Positions 59,301 through 62,814 of a stretch of DNA of 62,814 nucleotides are shown here, in pieces. The first letter of the stretch is position 1; every line of letters begins with the position of its first letter. The notes below the pieces were generated by a model. It made no database searches. It was not told the DNA's origin and was given only the letters and a program-made list of their open reading frames with translations. The stretch covers positions 1 through 62,814 of the forward strand of contig JBHLLF010000010.1 in NCBI GenBank assembly GCA_048885865.1, in the 5' to 3' direction. Made by a program: the position numbers and the translations under genes. This DNA is from Candidatus Hermodarchaeota archaeon (GTDB taxonomy: Archaea; Asgardarchaeota; Thorarchaeia; Thorarchaeales; Thorarchaeaceae).

Positions 59301-61174
59301 AGATACTGAGCCTGTAGTTTTTCATCCACAACTCCTGCTGCATGGTTCATTCTTGAAATGGTGGCGAGCCAGTAGTTCCACATGAGGGAGGGTACCGGGT
59401 CCATTAGTTCAAAACCGATATTTGTCTCAATCGCAATCAGATAGCTTTTGAGCTCTTGCGAAGCAGAAATAGAGGTCTCTGACATCTCATTCAATGCAAC
59501 AGCAACGCAATAGGACTCCTTTGTCTTTGCTACTATGTCACCGTCCTTTGCCTCCAGACCAAAACCTCCAGAATCGAGCTGATTGGATTCAAGCCAGCTC
59601 AGGCCATTTGTCCTATTCTCTGAACTCAAAGTTCCCATAAGTGCCATAGCAGTCAATGCTGAACTAGTCCCAATGGTAATCTCCTCTCCCGGACCGACTG
59701 TGTTACGGAATGAGCCATCACCTATTGCAGTCCGTGTGACTATCCAAGATGTCAGCTTCACTGGGTCATTGTGTGTAGTTCCCAGGATATCAAGAGCTTG
59801 AACGTAGTTTGAGGCGTATTGATTTGTTGGGCTGGTACTGGCCGGGTTAGATCCAATAGACCCCCACAAGTCAGGATCTGAAGTCTTTCCACCATCAATT
59901 ACACATGATCGAAGCCAGGACTCAAGGGCTACTGTGTCAATGGTTCCTAGAGATCCTGCTGATGCCAATGCTTCTGTAACGTGGTAGGTGGTTGTGATAT
60001 GGTTTTCAAAATCTCCGTCCATGCCTTGTCTCGAGGCGAGGTAGGCGACTATCTCTGTAACAGTAAACTGTGGGGATAATCCCATAATCGATAATACCCA
60101 GAGACCTTGAGCAGTGCTCTTGCATCCCACGGAACCATCAGTTTTGGCTGTGAGGAAGCCTGTTTCTGCTCCGAAGTCTACAGCCAAACTATTGAGTATC
60201 GCGAGCACAAGTCCTTGCCTGGCACTCTTCCACAATGCCCACTCTGAAGCACCCATGAGGGCTACTGCCATCTGCACCGCGTAGTAGGTTCCAGCCATTG
60301 TTGGTTCATGAGCATAACTATACCCGCCTGGGAGGAGAGTTGTACCATCAGACTGGGCGGCAGCTAAAGTCTGAGAAACTGCATTCTCTCTGAGTGCTAT
60401 TGCATATGCTAGTGTGTTGACTACGAGTCCTCGACCCTCTGTTGTAAGAAGTAGAGGGTTCTCCGGCGCAAACAGGAATGCTTCTAGTGGCCAAGAATCA
60501 TATCTCAGAGACGCAAGGGATGAAGGTCCAGATCCAGTCAAATCAACGAGACGGGAATTCTCAGTCTGGATGGGATCATCCGGGAGGAGGATGGATGATT
60601 CAGTTGTCAGTGAAGAGCCAAGCGATAGTGGGACGGGACTACTGAGGTAGATCGCTCCTTCCAGCCCGGGTGTGGTACTAAGTTGATAATTGGAAAGAGC
60701 GATCCCTGAGGGCGGACCTCTTCCCCTCAGCAAATGCAAAAGCCAAGCTGCGCGTCCAGTAAGGACTATGCTGACATCCTCCCCTATCAACAGGTCTACT
60801 AGAGCAGCAGGTACATGACTTGCATCATCTGCGCCAAGACTTCCATCAACGAGAATCAACGGTGCAGCGTGAATTATTGTTGGTTCAACCAGCAAATCAG
60901 AAACAGTGACGACACTTGCTGCAACACCTGCGGACTGCAGGACCTGAACCCATGTTGAACCCCTCGCGGGAATAGAATGGCCAGGTAACTCGAGAACAAT
61001 GACTGGACTCCAATCTATGATGACGCCATCATCTGCAGAAACAATATGCGCTGGATTCACATCTAAGTGTGCGGCATCCTGCAGCAATGGGCTATATCCA
61101 CTGCTCAAGACCAAAGGCGAAGTCCATGCGATTGCAATTATGATTATGCCTAACACCAGTCTTCTATGCCTCAA
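53354..61174 (-). CDS. Giant cell-surface protein: prenyltransferase/squalene-cyclase-type alpha-barrel repeats, Ig-like stalk, C-terminal TM
   Basis: Signal peptide; RQGMDGDF, GDGSFRN, NQLDSGGFG; repeated TxxxGxA...GxY strands; TM followed by ARRR. Confidence 0.85.
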   Translation of the reverse strand: MRHRRLVLGIIIIAIAWTSPLVLSSGYSPLLQDAAHLDVNPAHIVSADDGVIIDWSPVIVLELPGHSIPARGSTWVQVLQSAGVAASVVTVSDLLVEPTIIHAAPLILVDGSLGADDASHVPAALVDLLIGEDVSIVLTGRAAWLLHLLRGRGPPSGIALSNYQLSTTPGLEGAIYLSSPVPLSLGSSLTTESSILLPDDPIQTENSRLVDLTGSGPSSLASLRYDSWPLEAFLFAPENPLLLTTEGRGLVVNTLAYAIALRENAVSQTLAAAQSDGTTLLPGGYSYAHEPTMAGTYYAVQMAVALMGASEWALWKSARQGLVLAILNSLAVDFGAETGFLTAKTDGSVGCKSTAQGLWVLSIMGLSPQFTVTEIVAYLASRQGMDGDFENHITTTYHVTEALASAGSLGTIDTVALESWLRSCVIDGGKTSDPDLWGSIGSNPASTSPTNQYASNYVQALDILGTTHNDPVKLTSWIVTRTAIGDGSFRNTVGPGEEITIGTSSALTAMALMGTLSSENRTNGLSWLESNQLDSGGFGLEAKDGDIVAKTKESYCVAVALNEMSETSISASQELKSYLIAIETNIGFELMDPVPSLMWNYWLATISRMNHAAGVVDEKLQAQYLDLFSQWTQYPWWNNFTAVIAPEYGVNQYRTKSVWTQYFGVATASAQGVVPSSEVMADALNYISLSQFVTGHFRPAMFIGTAHIQHSVAAVEALYLMDSLDSIPYRSSLESAMLNDYSSGQWSMSGWTIKPYAGEQSAIDWLCTRAAVRLNIVDTTMAVEISSSINSRIQYNNIYALSCDVATLALLNASGFDVNLESIEASEVLNALGPTPYANGWLNATDQWQPVYTAESLEMVSILGMRPLLIDVPGSSISISTDATVSLGSSLYIDVGVSSSVSSHSVLVYAFDEWTKFTNVENSDTLRIDIPGDTKFLGHAEIYAMVTDWSLSRAFAMSTVEVRGELEGTLTLDTPNVSAGSFINGTVSWIIAPELDAGTSNITVRLGDPPAYQQWSYQDSSPFALQVPSSGFATGTYNLTVTLERKDCGTLILRDAVDISAPVSTYLISPSFTTATADQQINIDWSLHYSSNGTDIASQETTITILDELGQIVYTTQGVSSIGGSVFHWTPSQRGNFSYTISFLGNGPLVGCESSGLIHVYEDTILTWLTKGVYEQYSEVSIEARLETSGGTPLAGYLVHVTVTSPSFSILIDTDMTTNSTGHVSVQVTIDENGLYDFDIVFAATDYLRTSMNSKVITAWSNSTIIVGGISGDNSVGTTWAIWAYLLDSFSNPISGESITLRVILLPSTVVAEYTLDSNTTGYVEDSWVGDSAGSYRLEAEFAGTGSRGSAIDSGGFTLWVPVTLALSIAQPSEVGVETLIEVRAEDHLGSPINGLSVTVSVRDPRGVIQIQESGTTSGGLFQITWTPLFRGQNRISAASGQQSWYDAALASQTEEVYEQPSIDVLVPLGQESPSLVNVIVSLSDYHGLGVSDVSVRTIFTINGQLLLDVTNTTQGDGTIAHMIQVSVPGILSTSVTVVAQGWLLFASAASTDVILGTTDITLTTPGLPIEQGTQIGIVVALTDWSGVPLNGAQVIIEVRMSNGTIIDSAERMTGADGKCTLAHNFHSVGDFLINATYAGEYLNSSATASSLQRVYMTPSMQLSHSPSCMLGETLEIYVSITDAYQQNVVGRTLLLSVEQNSIIVFETEVESVDGLLIVHWDPEDRGLASITLLHAGDPYYYTNSTGSTVSVLELVSANLFLEPSSVNMFNTASLQYVLQTEGTLSGVVIHFEVLGLDLVPVWSADLATNASGIAEAFYYADDSHGVLTIRASPTADQFLIGGDTQEQLNAMTTCTIATTLAPVPARAGEDVNITLNIIDQLGIPVENLDVVVSLDDPLGDPVRLGYWSNSITVTTSNGLAIVSFVPTMTGLYSVHLSCSGATSVHSFTDDTFHTVYSQSSVTVSVSEAFLDVGDMLEISVLLSDYRGSPMVGRDMTIVLNGPGGSTIGPMPVVTDSSGHAYWSVQIDDEGLWSISAIFDGLGVYLPATGSTEVSVRYSTEIHASIISTDDIIAGIVPASILVLLTDSGGSPLEGFTIDYYAYHDQIGLMMTDSVVQTSPEPLVLNITLDRMGNYTLLLSFAGTTHYHASNSALRVWVYGTTNITFSVTPSIERSSNSYLIASVIDEQGSVIDLNELSTSIDLIGPSGIVDLFERLQSSYTEMSISLEGLEVGLYTLSLVVLDNTMRVGCTAQVQFNVTAWTDLLVLDERFSGIIDEDHEISFTLVDSIGDVADGAIVYASLYSPSGREILGSPLTTRTAYPVSADGIVITWSPSFTGNYTLTLMFEGTDFWQATSQVITVLIRYMSHVDVDHPSTMEFGQPIPLSITLSSGVFRISDASLRICVWMDEQLMLELPIFTGTRGGVDAILEGLLAGNLTVEVQFNGTDIYAPTSNRFSLSVTPLLLLEVMPLIPVQIGLNTTLNMSYSILGVDREWTGGLEISIFDPQGMMVATQSLIAHQVGYSAIEFYVALKGEYIVDIVVNGLPVVESMSSALPLLASSATPSLPMDEGTTPWIGGLGIVAAIAVLARRRVSRIVGSLPGEWEG

Positions 61175-61352
61175 CCTCTCTGCTCCTCTCCCAACAATGC
61201 CTCGAAATGAAAAGGTGTCCCGGATCCGAACCTTTTGGGAAAAAGGTCGCGGGGACCATTGGAATAGGTGGGTCTTTGTATACTGAAGCAGGGATATGGG
61301 AAGGATCCGACCCGGGACTTGGATATCTCTTCATGGTTTGCTCTAAGTTCAT
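61164..61352 (-). CDS. Possible small Pro-rich protein
   Basis: ATGA overlap with the upstream gene and overlap with the giant gene start; GSDPxH twice. Confidence 0.35.
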   Translation of the reverse strand: MNLEQTMKRYPSPGSDPSHIPASVYKDPPIPMVPATFFPKGSDPGHLFISRHCWERSREVEA

Positions 61353-61975
61353 ATCAACACCCCTACGACTTGAGTATAGAACAATACCAGAACGGTCATT
61401 ACAGCCAAGAACTCAATGGCACCTTTGCGTGGATTACCTTTGAGTGCGGCTCCGAGAAGGGCAAGGTCCCCACCCTTGAGTGAGCTTGATAGGAGAACTC
61501 CCAGCGAAATATAGGTGCAGAGCAGCACTATCGGCGCACCTGCCAGCATTACTACTGGCACAACCAATAGAGCGAATGCTATGAACACAGAGAAAACAGT
61601 GCTGATGTAGAGAGCTGAAAGCAACACAGCCACCCTAGGCGGCTTGTCTACTTTCAGGAAGAGACTTAGTTCTCCATAGGTCCCGCCGCCGCCTAATCCC
61701 TCAAGGTCAATCCCCATTAGGGAAGTGACCCCATAGCGAACGGCTGTATTAATGACCATTCCTGGAGCGAAAATGATTGTGACAGCTGAGAGAAGAGGAT
61801 TCCGAGTCCATTCCTCGAAAGCTCTTCTCTTTCCAGTGAGCAAGAGAACTGACCTGATGGCGGTAGCAACCACAACGACAAGCGGAGCAACCTGTACTGA
61901 GAATACCAGGTTAGCCATCATCAAGGTCACGATGTCAAACTGCACTTTCATTTCCTCCCTTCTCACCAGAGTCAT
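61349..61975 (-). CDS. Hypothetical membrane protein
   Basis: About 5 TM helices; likely start MKVQF after a GGAGG ribosome-binding site. Confidence 0.7.
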   Translation of the reverse strand: MTLVRREEMKVQFDIVTLMMANLVFSVQVAPLVVVVATAIRSVLLLTGKRRAFEEWTRNPLLSAVTIIFAPGMVINTAVRYGVTSLMGIDLEGLGGGGTYGELSLFLKVDKPPRVAVLLSALYISTVFSVFIAFALLVVPVVMLAGAPIVLLCTYISLGVLLSSSLKGGDLALLGAALKGNPRKGAIEFLAVMTVLVLFYTQVVGVLI

Positions 61976-62194
61976 TTGAGTCCTGATGGAAGTGGTCTTC
62001 TTCTGTAATGACCTATGAAGGAAATTGGCAATAACCTAGTTCAGCTTGACTTTCTTCGCTACTAGGCTTTATAGTACACTCCACATCTGACTTACTCTGA
62101 AAATAGAGCCCCCCTAACAATAATGGAACATTTGGGCGCTAATTGCTCATTAAATAGAGCTCATAATCCCATTTCATCTCGAGAATTAGTAAGT

Positions 62195-62746
62195 CTATGC
62201 AGAAGTGACTCTTGGCTTCTGGATTTCCGCTATCCCTTGTAAATCAGGGGAGGATGATACAAGATGGATTCCGCATTCTTCACAAACAGATCGCAGAACT
62301 CGTAGGGCGGTAGCAGTCCAGCCTGTCACATCCAGCTTTCCTGGAACAGCAAACAGCCGTACTACTCTTCTGAAGGCTTCTCTTTGAGGAGAGGTCAGGA
62401 CCGTCGCCACTGTCTGAATGACAATTTTCCGATCCCAAGGATTGAGGGACCCAGATACTGCAAGTAGTCGCTGCACGGCCTCATAGGTACCATGTGCAGC
62501 TAAGGCTTTGATTCCGGTGAACCAACATTCTTGGTCCCCGCAATTGACTAGATTCTCACAGAACGAAAGTACACCAGGCTCTCTTCTTTGAGCAAGTTCA
62601 ATCAATGCTGGTTCCCTGAGCAGTATATGCAATTCGGAGTTCTTTACTGTGTCCCAGAGACTCTCAGCGGAGGTATTTGAGAATGGAGATGGAGTTGGAT
62701 ATTGCTCTGCTCGCGAGGTAACTAGGACAAGACTATCTTCCCTCAT
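62195..62746 (-). CDS. Hypothetical protein, HEAT-repeat-like
   Basis: LREPALIELA...GIKALAAHGTYEAVQRL helical pairs. Confidence 0.6.
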   Translation of the reverse strand: MREDSLVLVTSRAEQYPTPSPFSNTSAESLWDTVKNSELHILLREPALIELAQRREPGVLSFCENLVNCGDQECWFTGIKALAAHGTYEAVQRLLAVSGSLNPWDRKIVIQTVATVLTSPQREAFRRVVRLFAVPGKLDVTGWTATALRVLRSVCEECGIHLVSSSPDLQGIAEIQKPRVTSA

Positions 62747-62814
62747 GCTAGTCTATGATTCTCTCCTTCTTTTAAGGTCGTAAAATCCTATACCCATAAG
62801 TAGGATGAATCCCA

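Noticed and set aside
1-62814. Many short antisense or nested ORFs in the track; also searched for tRNA, rRNA, transposase/integrase and selenoprotein UGA
   Set aside because: The short ORFs are shadows of well-supported genes; no cloverleaf, rRNA, mobile-element motif or convincing in-frame Sec codon was seen by eye

Overview
Gene-dense archaeal chromosomal segment. I infer an Asgard archaeon, probably Thorarchaeia, from a membrane-anchored longin-like protein, a p24/GOLD-like protein and the protein style. The window is dominated by peptide and amino-acid scavenging: two complete Opp/Dpp ABC systems, two orphan OppD-like ATPases, M20, C45, S45 and beta-lactamase-family hydrolases, Thr dehydrogenase, two divergent carbamoyltransferases, a DapA-family lyase and a class III aminotransferase. 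It also carries a bacterial-type GAPDH, a divergent citrate synthase, two DUF362 Fe-S proteins, FprA plus rubrerythrin, and a 2606-aa surface protein. I saw no rRNA, tRNA, CRISPR array or mobile element. Top signals: (1) a 40-aa microprotein missing from the ORF track (51110-51232) made of three identical KPFTPPPEPF units whose codons differ only at synonymous positions, followed by a hairpin and a 680-aa unknown protein with an HTH/Lrp-like end; (2) a candidate ~115-nt ncRNA with its own TATA box (28065-28181, minus strand); (3) a circularly permuted family 5 solute-binding protein; (4) two orphan OppD paralogs sharing an ASSDP insert, one apparently catalytically degenerate. All family calls are by-eye motif recognition, not database searches.
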